From NCBI RefSeq assembly GCF_964218185.1, contig NZ_CAXPLV010000012.1, positions 9,034 to 73,033 on the forward strand: DNA of 64,000 bases, in the 5' to 3' direction. Both the position numbers and the translations under genes were made by a program. Positions 17,215 through 27,358 of this stretch are shown piece after piece. The stretch comes from Ekhidna sp. (GTDB lineage Bacteria > Bacteroidota > Bacteroidia > Cytophagales > Cyclobacteriaceae). The stretch's first letter is position 1. The number at the start of each line of letters is the position of its first letter. The notes under the pieces were generated by a model. It had not been told where the DNA came from, searched no databases, and saw only the letters and a list, made by a program, of their open reading frames with translations.

Positions 17215-18342
17215 TTACTTTTTATAATCTTTATTAAACGCTGCGTGACCGCTGAGGATTCGGTTATTTTCTTCCAGATCTGGTTCCATGGACCAATTGT
17301 TCTTTTCTGAAGTACCTCCTAAGATGATACCATCTTTTCGTGGAAACATATACAAAAGATCGTTGCTCGAAAGATCCACATATCCGTAGTTGATTTCTTC
17401 CTGAGGAAGCAATACGGTTAATTGTCCCTTGACGGGGATTAATTCAGAATCCTTAAATAAGTGATGAGAACCCAGTCCGGTGCAGTTCATAATGGAGTTT
17501 TCATTTAGCTCCATCAACTCCTCTGTATTGTTAAACCTCTTAATGGTAAGCTTACCGCCCAATTGAAAGAAATCATCGAGCAATGCTTTTAGATAAATGG
17601 GAGGTTCAATAAGCAAGGAATGTAGCTCCTCGGGTTTGCCTATGGACTGAAAGGGTGAAGTTTCAGGTGTATGTTTTTTATAATCCGGATATAGGTTTTT
17701 TCCACCGGGAAAATCGAAAGGAACGCCTGAAAAGAAGGTTTTCATCCACCGGACCCCATAACGAGCGCCCACTAAGTCCTGGAACATGCGGTGTGAAATA
17801 GTGGAAGCTTGATTAAAAGTGGTTATGAAATCCTGATTAACGATTGCGGAATCATACACGGAAACAGGCGCCCAAAAAGCAGCTGCAACATTAGAGGTGG
17901 TGTTGGGAGGTAGCTTCTCAGTGTAAATTGTCACCGGAATCCCTCTTTTCAGCAACAGGATTGCGGTGGAAAGACCGATAACACCTGATCCAAGAACAGC
18001 CACCGGTTCACCTGAGTCCAGCATCTCAATGGCCAGTCTGGCTGTACCCCAGGATAGCGATATTCCGCCACCTCCATGTCCGTAATTATGGATTACAGTC
18101 TTATGATCTAGTTTTTGGACTTTTAGATTGAAACCTGATGGTCGATATGGCCGCAACCCAACGACCTGGCGAATGATTCTTTCTTCAGAAACCTTTACTG
18201 GATTTAATCGGGTATAGGGTGATTGATTTCTCTCAAAAGCGAAAGAAAAATCCGGTATCCCCAAGGTGGAGGCATACAATCCTGCAGCTCCTATTTTTTT
18301 AATGAAACCTCTTCGGCTATCAGCATGTTTTGTGGTATCCAT
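17215..18342 (-). CDS. Tat-exported FAD-dependent oxidoreductase, D-amino-acid oxidase family (circularly permuted motif order)
   Basis: SRRGFIKK twin-arginine signal from ATG 18342; GLRP, HNYGHGGGG, GSGVIG, TTSNVAAA, NCTGLG and PVKGQ motifs. Confidence 0.85.
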   Translation of the reverse strand: MDTTKHADSRRGFIKKIGAAGLYASTLGIPDFSFAFERNQSPYTRLNPVKVSEERIIRQVVGLRPYRPSGFNLKVQKLDHKTVIHNYGHGGGGISLSWGTARLAIEMLDSGEPVAVLGSGVIGLSTAILLLKRGIPVTIYTEKLPPNTTSNVAAAFWAPVSVYDSAIVNQDFITTFNQASTISHRMFQDLVGARYGVRWMKTFFSGVPFDFPGGKNLYPDYKKHTPETSPFQSIGKPEELHSLLIEPPIYLKALLDDFFQLGGKLTIKRFNNTEELMELNENSIMNCTGLGSHHLFKDSELIPVKGQLTVLLPQEEINYGYVDLSSNDLLYMFPRKDGIILGGTSEKNNWSMEPDLEENNRILSGHAAFNKDYKK

Positions 18343-18402
18343 GAAGAAATACAAATTCAAGGAGAAGATAATTAGAAACTCACGAAAAACTAAAGCCATA
18401 CG

Positions 18403-19764
18403 ATGCAAGCGATAAATCCGGCTACCGAGCAACCACTAAAAAATTACCCCAATCATTCAAATGAGGAAGTTACCAGCACGATTGATCAGGCTCAGAAAGC
18501 TTTTACAGAATGGAGGAATACTTCCTATTCGAATCGGGCAGATTTAATGAGAAAAGCAGCTGAAGTATTGAGAACGCAGCAAAAGAGTTTTGCTGCAATC
18601 ATGACGGAAGAGATGGGTAAGACATTAAAGGAGAGTAAGGCGGAAGTGGAGAAGTGTGCATGGGTGTGTGACTATTATGCAGACCATGCAGAAGAGTTTC
18701 TGAAAGATGAATTCATTGAAACAGATGCTTCCAAATGTTACGTGAGTCATCGCCCGTTGGGGATAGTGTTCGCGATTATGCCCTGGAACTATCCGTTTTG
18801 GCAGGTGTTTCGTTTTGCAGCTCCGGGATTGATGGCCGGAAATGTAGCGATCCTTAAGCATGCACCTAATGTGCCAGGATGTGCGGAGGCTATTCTCTCC
18901 GTTTTTGAAAAGGCCGGATTTCCAAAAGGGGTCTTTAGTAATCTATTCATAACAAATGAACAGGCCTCTGATGTAATAGCTCACAGATATGTAAAGGCTG
19001 TCACATTAACGGGAAGTACGCGAGCCGGGAAGGAGGTAGCTAAACAAGCAGGAGCTGTGCTGAAGAAGTGTGTGTTGGAGCTAGGTGGAAGTGATCCATA
19101 TATCATCCTGGAGGATGCAGATCTGGATTTAGCTATTGAAACCACAGTAGCCAGTCGGCTAAAGAATAGTGGGCAGAGCTGCATCAGTGCGAAGCGCTTT
19201 ATCGTTCCGGAATCAATTAAGGAAGAGGTAGAGCAACGGCTGATAAAAGAAATGGGATCATATAGTTTCGGTGATCCAACAGATGAAAATACTGATCTGG
19301 GTCCGTTGGTGGGGGAGAAGTATCGAGATCAATTACACGATCAAGTGAAAAGAACCATCGAGGCAGGGGCAAAGTGCATTTTAGGAGGAGAGGTGCCAGA
19401 TATGAAAGGATATTATTATCCTCCTACTATTCTTACCAATGTGAAGAAAGGTATGCCAGCCTATGAGGAGGAGCTCTTCGGGCCAGTGGCAACCGTCATT
19501 ACGGTAAAAGATGAAGAAGAGGCTTTGAAAGTAGCCAATGATACTTATTACGGTTTGGGTGGAGCCATCTTTTCCAAAGATGTTGCCAGGGCTGAGAGGC
19601 TGGCTGCAGAAAAGCTAGAAGCTGGTTCCTGCTTTGTGAATGCGATGGTTTCTTCTGATCCCAGGTTACCGTTCGGCGGAATCAATGAAAGTGGATTCGG
19701 AAGGGAGCTATCACACCACGGCATCAAGGAGTTTGTGAATGTGAAGACAGTTTATGTAAGGTGA
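18403..19764 (+). CDS. NAD(P)-dependent succinate-semialdehyde dehydrogenase (Sad/GabD-like aldehyde dehydrogenase)
   Basis: IMPWNYPFWQVFRF, LKHAPN, TLTGSTRAG, LELGGSDP, GQSCISAKR and EELFGPV. Confidence 0.92.
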   Translation: MQAINPATEQPLKNYPNHSNEEVTSTIDQAQKAFTEWRNTSYSNRADLMRKAAEVLRTQQKSFAAIMTEEMGKTLKESKAEVEKCAWVCDYYADHAEEFLKDEFIETDASKCYVSHRPLGIVFAIMPWNYPFWQVFRFAAPGLMAGNVAILKHAPNVPGCAEAILSVFEKAGFPKGVFSNLFITNEQASDVIAHRYVKAVTLTGSTRAGKEVAKQAGAVLKKCVLELGGSDPYIILEDADLDLAIETTVASRLKNSGQSCISAKRFIVPESIKEEVEQRLIKEMGSYSFGDPTDENTDLGPLVGEKYRDQLHDQVKRTIEAGAKCILGGEVPDMKGYYYPPTILTNVKKGMPAYEEELFGPVATVITVKDEEEALKVANDTYYGLGGAIFSKDVARAERLAAEKLEAGSCFVNAMVSSDPRLPFGGINESGFGRELSHHGIKEFVNVKTVYVR

Positions 19765-19779
19765 TCTCCATTAAAATGT

Positions 19780-19858
19780 ATTCCCCCTTTGAAGGGGGCT
19801 GGGGGGATGTTTTTTTGTTTTCTTAAAACACCCCTATAATCCCCTCTAGGGGATAATT
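19780..19858. repeat. Inverted pair of GC-rich REP-like palindromes
   Basis: ccccctttgaaggggg..ggggggatgttt and aaacacccc..atcccctctaggggat are related units in opposite orientation between convergent genes. Confidence 0.65.
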
Positions 19859-19877
19859 CCCTTTCAAATCAGATCAA

Positions 19878-22247
19878 TCACTCATTCCTTAGCGACTTCA
19901 CCGGGTTCGCCTTAGCAGCACGTCTGGCCTGATCTGACACAATCAGGATTGCAAATAGCAGCACGATGACTCCCACAACCGGAAATATCCACCATTGAAT
20001 ACCTACTCGAATAGTATATCGCTCGAGATATTCATCAAGCAAGTACCAGGCAAATGGGGCAGCCAAAACAAAAGAGATGATCACAAGTTTTGCAAAGTCC
20101 TTGGACATGAGACTCATCAGGCTGGCTATGGTAGCACCAAGTACTTTACGAATGCCTATTTCCTTGATCCGTTGCTCAGCAGTGTAGGACGCCAGACCAA
20201 ACAAGCCAAGCCCAGTAATGATCATAGCCAGTGTGGCAAATAGACTAGCCAGCTTTCTGGTAAGATTGATAGTAGTGAACTTTCTGGCAAACTCCACATC
20301 AGCAAAGTTGTATTCGAATGGATAGGCAGGATTGTGTTTGGTAAAGATTTCCTCCACACCGGCCAGTGTTTGCTGTAGGTCATTGGTCTTTTTCAGACGT
20401 ACTGAAATATAGCCACCCCAATCGTCCAAAATCATAAACATGGGCTTGACCGGGTCATAGGGCGATCCCATGAGTACATTATCCACTACTCCAATGAGTT
20501 TTCTATTACTTCCCCACAAGTCGAGGTTGGTGCCAATTGGATTTTCTAACCCCATGATATCAAGTGCAGCTTTATTGATAACGATGGCACTAGAGTCGCT
20601 TCCGTATTCTTTGGAGAAATCACGGCCCATCAGTACATCTATGCCCATTGTTTTTGCATAGTCGTAGGTCGTGGTAATGGTTGTGAAAATGACTCTCCGG
20701 TCTTCGGGTTTGCCCGGCCATCCAAGGAAATTATTGGAGTTGATCTGTGTAATCTGTGAATTGGAACGGGTGACTGACTCAGCAAGGCCTGAAGATTCTA
20801 ACTCCTGTTTTACGATTTCATAATTTTTTCTTAAATCTTCGGTTAACTCCACCGCAATCAAGCGCTCCTGATCATAGCCCAGATCTCGATTTTTTACCAG
20901 ATTGATTTGTTGGAAAATGACAATAGTGCTGATTATCAGCACAATGGAGAAAGCGAACTGCATGATCACGAGAACTTTTCGTGGAGTTGTAGCTCCTTTT
21001 CCTGCTTTAACCGTTCCTTTCAGCGTTTCCACAGGTTTGAAAGAGGAGAGGTAGAAAGCAGGATAACTTCCGGCAATTACTCCTAAAACCAGGATGATTC
21101 CAACTGACGCCAACCAGAAAACCGGAGACGAATAATCTATCGAAAGCTCTTTTTCTACAAGGCTATTATATGATGGAAGAGCCAGTTCTGTCAAAAGGAC
21201 TGAAATGACGAAAGCGATGAAGGTGATAAAAATGGACTCACTGATGAACTGGTAGATCAGACGCGTACGACTGGTTCCCAAACTCTTTCTTATTCCTACT
21301 TCCTTGGCTCGTTTTTCAGATCGGGCAGTAGCTAGGTTCATGAAGTTGATGCAGGCAATGATCAGGATAACAATCGCGATGGCTGTAAATAGTTGAACGT
21401 AATCACTGCGGCCACCTGCTTGATTGCCTTCATCATCCCAGTTTGAGTATAATCTCCATTGTGACATAGGATGGAGGAAAAAATGTTTTTCCATGCCATG
21501 CTCACCATCTTTTTCCATGGCCAGATCATAAATGCTTTGCTCAACGTCCACCTCTCTTATAGGATCATTCAGCTCTACAAATACCTGAAAAGAATAATTA
21601 CCCCAGTTGTCTTTGTTATCGCGAACCCACTCATTCACAGACTCCCGATATTTCCATGTAGCGAGATAGTCAAATTGAAAACTTGAGTTTTCCGGCAGAT
21701 CTTTTACAATAGCTGTAACCTGGAGGGTCCCATCATTCTCGAGCTTCACTTGCTTTCCAATGGGATCCTCGTCACCAAATAGAATCTTTGCCAAAGATTC
21801 AGAAAGGACAATTGACATAGGGTCTTTCAGCGCTTCTTCATGTGTACCCGATACCAGTGGAAATTCAAACATTTCCAGAAACTCTTCGCTTACAAAATAT
21901 CCTCTCTTGATAATTCTTTCATCCCCGGCAGTTAACAGACGATTACTTCCCCAGCCGGCCACTACCGAGTTTTTGATATTGCTATCAATCACTTTCATTT
22001 CCTGATAAGTAGGAAGCGGTACGGACTGCCAGTTGTTCACCTTGTCGTCAAACTCGGAACTGATCCAAACCTGGTACAGGCGATCGTACTTTGGAAGGAA
22101 CTTATCATATGATACCTCATCTGCTACCCAGAGTAGGATGAGTACACTACAAACGATACCGATGGAAAGTCCTGAAATATTAATAATGGAGTAGAGTCCG
22201 TTCTTTTTCAGGTTTCTAATGGAGATGAGGAAGAAGTTTTTGAGCAT
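19878..22247 (-). CDS. ABC transporter permease (duplicated MacB/FtsX-type)
   Basis: Two FtsX halves: ACINFMNLATARSEKRAKEVGIRKSLG and GLFGLASYTAEQRIKEIGIRKVLGA. Confidence 0.93.
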   Translation of the reverse strand: MLKNFFLISIRNLKKNGLYSIINISGLSIGIVCSVLILLWVADEVSYDKFLPKYDRLYQVWISSEFDDKVNNWQSVPLPTYQEMKVIDSNIKNSVVAGWGSNRLLTAGDERIIKRGYFVSEEFLEMFEFPLVSGTHEEALKDPMSIVLSESLAKILFGDEDPIGKQVKLENDGTLQVTAIVKDLPENSSFQFDYLATWKYRESVNEWVRDNKDNWGNYSFQVFVELNDPIREVDVEQSIYDLAMEKDGEHGMEKHFFLHPMSQWRLYSNWDDEGNQAGGRSDYVQLFTAIAIVILIIACINFMNLATARSEKRAKEVGIRKSLGTSRTRLIYQFISESIFITFIAFVISVLLTELALPSYNSLVEKELSIDYSSPVFWLASVGIILVLGVIAGSYPAFYLSSFKPVETLKGTVKAGKGATTPRKVLVIMQFAFSIVLIISTIVIFQQINLVKNRDLGYDQERLIAVELTEDLRKNYEIVKQELESSGLAESVTRSNSQITQINSNNFLGWPGKPEDRRVIFTTITTTYDYAKTMGIDVLMGRDFSKEYGSDSSAIVINKAALDIMGLENPIGTNLDLWGSNRKLIGVVDNVLMGSPYDPVKPMFMILDDWGGYISVRLKKTNDLQQTLAGVEEIFTKHNPAYPFEYNFADVEFARKFTTINLTRKLASLFATLAMIITGLGLFGLASYTAEQRIKEIGIRKVLGATIASLMSLMSKDFAKLVIISFVLAAPFAWYLLDEYLERYTIRVGIQWWIFPVVGVIVLLFAILIVSDQARRAAKANPVKSLRNE

Positions 22248-22391
22248 GACAGGTAAAGTTGGGTTTGAAACTATGCTTTAAGGACTTTAAATGAGATTCA
22301 AAAGTTGCATATCCGAAATACTTTGCTTGTCCAGAATGGTTACATCATTAATAAAAGTTATTTTTCACGCCCGTTTCTAACCTAACACTGT

Positions 22392-24143
22392 ATGACATTA
22401 GCATTATTCGACTGGCTTGTTATTGGACTTTTCTTCTTAATTGTGCTGGGGATTGGCGTAGTGGCAAGTAAAAGTGCCGGCAAGAGCTCGCTGGAGTATT
22501 TCCTTGCCGGAAAATCCATGCCGTGGTGGTTGTTGGGCGTCTCTATGGTGGCCACCACTTTTTCGGCGGACACTCCAAACCTTGTGACCGGTTTTGTTCG
22601 TGAAGGAGGAATTGCTAAAAACTGGGCCTGGTGGTCTTTTTTGATAACGGGAATGGTTACGGTTTTTATCTATGCCAGACTGTGGAGAAGGTCAGGTGTG
22701 TTAACAGACCTTGAGTTTTATGAGCTACGCTATGGCGGTAAGGCCGCTTCTTTTTTAAGAGGTTTCCGTGCCCTTTATTTAGGTGTCTTCTTCAATTGCT
22801 TAATCATGGGTTCGGTAACCCTGGCAGCCATCAAAATATCTTCTATTCTCTTTGGAATAGAGCCTATTTATACGGTGGTGATAGCTTCCATTGTAGTGGC
22901 CGCTTACTCTGCCCTCGGCGGGATTAAAGGAGTAATCTGGACGGATTTCTTTCAGTTTGGAATTGCATTACTAGGAGCATTGTATGCAGCTTATGTTGCA
23001 GTTAGCCAGCCTGAAGTGGGCGGACTTAGCGGACTATTTTCTAATGAAACTTTGATTGGAAGGTTGGATGTATTACCGGATTTTGGAAACACGTCAGCAT
23101 TAATCTCAATGTTTATTATTCCATTGGCAGTTCAGTGGTGGTCAGTATGGTATCCCGGAGCAGAACCAGGGGGAGGAGGTTACATCGCTCAGCGAATGTT
23201 GGCTGCTAAAGATGAGAAGCATGCGGTTGGAGCAACCCTATTTTTTAATTTTGCCCATTATGCCTTGCGTCCATGGCCATGGATTATCGTTGCTTTAGCT
23301 TCTCTCATTTTATTCCCTGATTTAGAGTCTATTAAGACTGCTTTCCCTCATATTAATGATCAATATTTGGGAGATGATATTGCGTATCCGGTCATGCTTA
23401 CTTTACTGTCTCCGGGATGGCTAGGATTGGTGGTTGCTTCATTGATTGCGGCTTACATGTCTACTATCAGTACGCATCTGAACTGGGGATCATCCTATGT
23501 TGTCAATGATTTTTATAAGCGATTTGTCAAACCAGATGCCTCTGAGAAAGAGCTGGTTTTAGTAGGTCGGGTGTCAACTGTTTTACTGATGGTATTTGCG
23601 GGTGTCTTGTCACTCACCGTTCTCGAAAATGCGTCACAGGCTTTCAACATTCTTTTGCTTTCCGGAGCTGGTACAGGAGCCATCTTCCTGCTTCGATGGT
23701 TTTGGTGGAGAATCAATGCCCTAACAGAAATCGTTGGGATGATTGTGGCAACCATCAATGCATTTGTTTTGGTACTTCTGATTCCTGAAGGCACATTTGG
23801 GAATGAATACATTGATGAGTTTACAATGAAGCTACTGATCGCAACAATAGTTACTTCAATCGCCTGGATAGCAACAGCACTCTTATCCAAGCCCGAATCA
23901 ACGGAGAAACTGCAGGCCTTTGTCTCCACAATTAACCCTGGAATAGGATGGAACAATTTCAAACAAGACCATAAAGCAGGCTTGGGGTATTCAATTCTCA
24001 GCATATTTGTTGGCACTATTGGGGTTTACTCAGCCCTGTTTGGAATAGGAAACTTCCTCTATGGTTATTTAATGGCTGGTTTTGGCTTCCTCCTTTTGTT
24101 TGGAATCTCTGTGTTTTTGATTTTTAAATGGTGGAAAAAATAA
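22392..24143 (+). CDS. Sodium:solute symporter family protein
   Basis: YFLAGKSMPWWLLGVSMVATTFSADTP, GGIKGVIWTDFFQF, YIAQRMLAAKDE and AAYMSTISTHLNWG. Confidence 0.92.
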   Translation: MTLALFDWLVIGLFFLIVLGIGVVASKSAGKSSLEYFLAGKSMPWWLLGVSMVATTFSADTPNLVTGFVREGGIAKNWAWWSFLITGMVTVFIYARLWRRSGVLTDLEFYELRYGGKAASFLRGFRALYLGVFFNCLIMGSVTLAAIKISSILFGIEPIYTVVIASIVVAAYSALGGIKGVIWTDFFQFGIALLGALYAAYVAVSQPEVGGLSGLFSNETLIGRLDVLPDFGNTSALISMFIIPLAVQWWSVWYPGAEPGGGGYIAQRMLAAKDEKHAVGATLFFNFAHYALRPWPWIIVALASLILFPDLESIKTAFPHINDQYLGDDIAYPVMLTLLSPGWLGLVVASLIAAYMSTISTHLNWGSSYVVNDFYKRFVKPDASEKELVLVGRVSTVLLMVFAGVLSLTVLENASQAFNILLLSGAGTGAIFLLRWFWWRINALTEIVGMIVATINAFVLVLLIPEGTFGNEYIDEFTMKLLIATIVTSIAWIATALLSKPESTEKLQAFVSTINPGIGWNNFKQDHKAGLGYSILSIFVGTIGVYSALFGIGNFLYGYLMAGFGFLLLFGISVFLIFKWWKK

Positions 24144-24248
24144 TATTGGTGAATAGTGAAAAATACCCCAAATAGGGTATTGTTTATCATTTGATAAGTT
24201 GAGTTCTTTACGTTATAGAAGCACACCGCTCTATTCACTGCCAAATGT

Positions 24249-24278
24249 AGAGGCCTTTTTTGAGGGCCTCTTTTTTTA
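24249..24278 (+). terminator. Probable intrinsic terminator after the SSS gene
   Basis: agaggcc-ttttttga-gggcctct followed by TTTTTT. Confidence 0.6.
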
Positions 24279-24316
24279 TGCCTCATTGTCTATATTGCCA
24301 TTCAAATTAGAATTTT

Positions 24317-25243
24317 ATGAGTCACACACAAGGCATGCTTAGCCCAGAGTCATTAAAGGGAAAAACAATCATTGTAACAGGAGGAGGTACTGGTTTAGGA
24401 AAATCCATGGGATCTTATTTTTCAGAGCTAGGAGCCAACCTGGTCATTACCAGTAGGAAAATGGAAGTTCTAGAGGAGACAGCCAGGGAAATAACCGCAA
24501 AGAGTGGCTATCCTGTACACTGTGTGGCATGTGATGTGCGAGAGTATGAGCAAGTAGAGCGGGTGATCAGCGAAGCAAAGGAGAAGTTTGGAAAAGTAGA
24601 CGTTTTGCTCAACAATGCAGCTGGAAATTTCATCAGCCCTACCGAGCGATTGTCGCACCGTGCGTTTGATACGGTAGTGGATATTGTTCTCAAAGGAAGT
24701 TACAACTTCACGCTAGCCCTTGGTAAAGATTGGATTGAAAATAAGCAGAGAGGAAATATCCTGAGTATTGTCACGACATATGCTTGGACCGGATCAGGCT
24801 ATGTGGTGCCCTCTGCCTGCGCCAAAAGTGGGGTGCTTGCCATGACACGATCATTGGCCGTGGAATGGGCGAAGTATGGAATCAGAAGCAATGCTATCGC
24901 ACCGGGACCATTCCCTACAGAAGGAGCATGGGATCGACTACTTCCAGGAGATTTGAAGAAAAAATATGATCCGGCGAAGAAGGTGCCTTTGCAAAGGGTA
25001 GGAGACCATCAGGAGCTGGCTAATCTCGCTGCATATTTAGTTTCAGACTATTCAGCCTATATCAATGGTGAAGTGATCACAATCGATGGGGGTGAGTGGC
25101 TAAAAGGGGCGGGAGAATTCAATCAGCTAGAGGCAATCCCTGAAGAACTTTGGGATGCGATGGAAATGGGCCGAAAGAAAGGCAGTTCCAAACTGAAAAT
25201 GATGTGGTTGTACTTCAAAGGCATGCGGAAGCTCAAAATATAG
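24317..25243 (+). CDS. SDR family oxidoreductase, 2,4-dienoyl-CoA reductase-like
   Basis: TGGGTGLG, NNAAGNFISP, PSACAKSGV and IAPGPFPT motifs. Confidence 0.9.
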   Translation: MSHTQGMLSPESLKGKTIIVTGGGTGLGKSMGSYFSELGANLVITSRKMEVLEETAREITAKSGYPVHCVACDVREYEQVERVISEAKEKFGKVDVLLNNAAGNFISPTERLSHRAFDTVVDIVLKGSYNFTLALGKDWIENKQRGNILSIVTTYAWTGSGYVVPSACAKSGVLAMTRSLAVEWAKYGIRSNAIAPGPFPTEGAWDRLLPGDLKKKYDPAKKVPLQRVGDHQELANLAAYLVSDYSAYINGEVITIDGGEWLKGAGEFNQLEAIPEELWDAMEMGRKKGSSKLKMMWLYFKGMRKLKI

Positions 25244-25357
25244 ATTTTCATTAAACAGGTGTATTTGGTTATCTAACCAGCAAGACCGGATGCTGAGCGT
25301 AAAGTTTTCTTTCCTCACTGATAACATTTCTAATGTTAAGGTGAAGAAGAATCCATT

Positions 25358-27358
25358 ATGCACTCACTTAAAAAATTTCTTACTACCGTTTTTGTTCTTT
25401 TTTCCATCGAATCTTTTGGACAAGATTTAATCATTACTGGTGTTATTGATGGTCCTCTCACAGGAGGAACACCTAAAGCTGTGGAGCTTTATGCTACTGC
25501 AGATATTGCTGATTTAAGTTTGTATGCTGTTGGATCAGCAAATAATGGTGGGGGTACAGATGGTCCCGAGTTTTCACTTTCCGGTTCTGCCACAAGTGGT
25601 GACTTTATCTATGTGGCATCAGAAAGTACTGAGTTTACGAACTGGTTTGGATTTGCACCAGACATGACCTCAGGAGTCCTGACGATCAATGGAGATGATG
25701 CAATCGAACTATTTTACGATGCTACAGGTACATTCCTAGGTGCTGAACTTGTGATTGATGTTTTTGGAGAAATTAGTTCTGTGCCTGGAGCCTGGTCTTA
25801 TCTGGATGGCTGGGCCTATAGAAATGACGCAACAGGTCCTGATGGAACTACCTTTACGATAGGAAACTGGATGTTTAGTGGGGCAAATGCATTGGATTTG
25901 GAGACATCCAATGCTACAGCTTCTACCCCTTTTCCAGCAGGTTCATATAGTCCGGTATCGTCACCGGTTTGGAGTCCAACTTTTCCATATCTGAATAATG
26001 TAACCACTACCTCATTTGATATTCTAGGACAAACAAACGAGCAGGGCACAATGTATTATGTAGTTGTTCCTTTCAATGCCTTGGCACCCAGTTCTGCACA
26101 GGTGGTGGCTGGGAGTGCCCCCGGAGGAACCCTCTTTTCAGGATCGAAAGCAATTTCTAGTGCTTTTACCACAGAAACAATATCTGTAGCAGGGTTAATT
26201 GAAGGGCTTGATTATGATGTGTATGTGGTGGCTGAAGATGATGAGACAACACCCAACTTGCAATCAGAACCAATCAAACTGAGTTTTCCGCCAAGACTTG
26301 TAGCAGTGACTGAGTTTATGAATAACTCACTTGGGTCTGAAACGACAGATGAGTGGATTGAGCTGTATAATTATGGTTTAAATCCTGTTGATCTTACCGG
26401 ATGGTCCATCTCTGATGAAGATTCTGATAACAATGTAATTGCGAGTGCAACGATTAACCCCAGTGATTATATCATCCTGGCTAAATCAAAGATCGATTTT
26501 GAGTCACAGTGGCTTGGTGGGACTCCAGATTCACGGGTGATTCAGCACAATATGGCGCTTGCAGATGGAGCAGATGAGATTATTCTCTCTAATGATGACG
26601 GTGATGTAGTTTGGAGCTTGGCTTATCCTGCTGGAGCCACAGAAGGAACTGCAACATATTTGGGTTATTCAGAAAGTTCTACAACCACTACTTATGGTTC
26701 GAAATCTAGTCCTGGTATCAATAGGAGTGGAAATGATTCATCAGGCTCCACCGGATATGAAGACTCAGGAGACGCCTTAGCCTATAGTTCTACTAATTCG
26801 GATTCGGGAAGCCCACTGAATGGAGAGTATGCACAGCCTCTACCGGTAGAACTGTTGTCCTTTACAGTGGAGGAGGAGTTTGGTAATGCAGTGCTAAAAT
26901 GGGCTACTATCAGCGAGGTGAATAATGATGGGTTTTTGGTTCAAAAATCCATCGATGGAGATAAGTTTTATAGCATAGGCTATATCTCTGGGAATGGAAA
27001 CACCAACGACCTTCAAACCTATAATTATGTTGACAATGCGGCCTATCAGAAGTCATATTATAGATTGAAGCAAGTAGATTTTGATGGCAAATTTGAATAT
27101 AGCTGGATTGTTTCCTATGAACCACACGCGAGCATAGTTGGCATTTTTCCTAACCCGATAAAAAACAGCGTCAAAGTAGTATCTCCAGAAAATGAGTTTC
27201 AGTTGGTCATTTATACCAATTCCGGTAGGTCAATTTTCAGCGGGGAGGTATCAGGGGATGTAGCTTCTAAGATACTATTGGATTTACAGGAAGGAGAGTA
27301 CATTGTTGAACTCTCCTCCCAAAATTTCCATTACAAGTCCAGAATTATTAAATTCTAA
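25358..27358 (+). CDS. T9SS type A protein with lamin-tail-like domains and an FN3-like module
   Basis: Signal peptide ending SFGQ, VTEFMNN..TDEWIELYN lamin-tail motif, PLPVELLSF pre-CTD segment and IFPNP..GEYIV CTD. Confidence 0.8.
   Translation: MHSLKKFLTTVFVLFSIESFGQDLIITGVIDGPLTGGTPKAVELYATADIADLSLYAVGSANNGGGTDGPEFSLSGSATSGDFIYVASESTEFTNWFGFAPDMTSGVLTINGDDAIELFYDATGTFLGAELVIDVFGEISSVPGAWSYLDGWAYRNDATGPDGTTFTIGNWMFSGANALDLETSNATASTPFPAGSYSPVSSPVWSPTFPYLNNVTTTSFDILGQTNEQGTMYYVVVPFNALAPSSAQVVAGSAPGGTLFSGSKAISSAFTTETISVAGLIEGLDYDVYVVAEDDETTPNLQSEPIKLSFPPRLVAVTEFMNNSLGSETTDEWIELYNYGLNPVDLTGWSISDEDSDNNVIASATINPSDYIILAKSKIDFESQWLGGTPDSRVIQHNMALADGADEIILSNDDGDVVWSLAYPAGATEGTATYLGYSESSTTTTYGSKSSPGINRSGNDSSGSTGYEDSGDALAYSSTNSDSGSPLNGEYAQPLPVELLSFTVEEEFGNAVLKWATISEVNNDGFLVQKSIDGDKFYSIGYISGNGNTNDLQTYNYVDNAAYQKSYYRLKQVDFDGKFEYSWIVSYEPHASIVGIFPNPIKNSVKVVSPENEFQLVIYTNSGRSIFSGEVSGDVASKILLDLQEGEYIVELSSQNFHYKSRIIKF

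Noticed and set aside
18343-18432. Longer N-terminus for the oxidase as given by the ORF track (also the extended starts at 7956, 28890 and 35391)
   Set aside because: These extensions overlap neighbouring genes and would bury the signal peptides. The downstream ATGs give the expected N-termini.
22328-22344. Imperfect dyad tgtccagaatggttaca upstream of the ABC permease as a regulator site
   Set aside because: The symmetry is weak and there is only one instance in the window, so it cannot be supported without comparative data.
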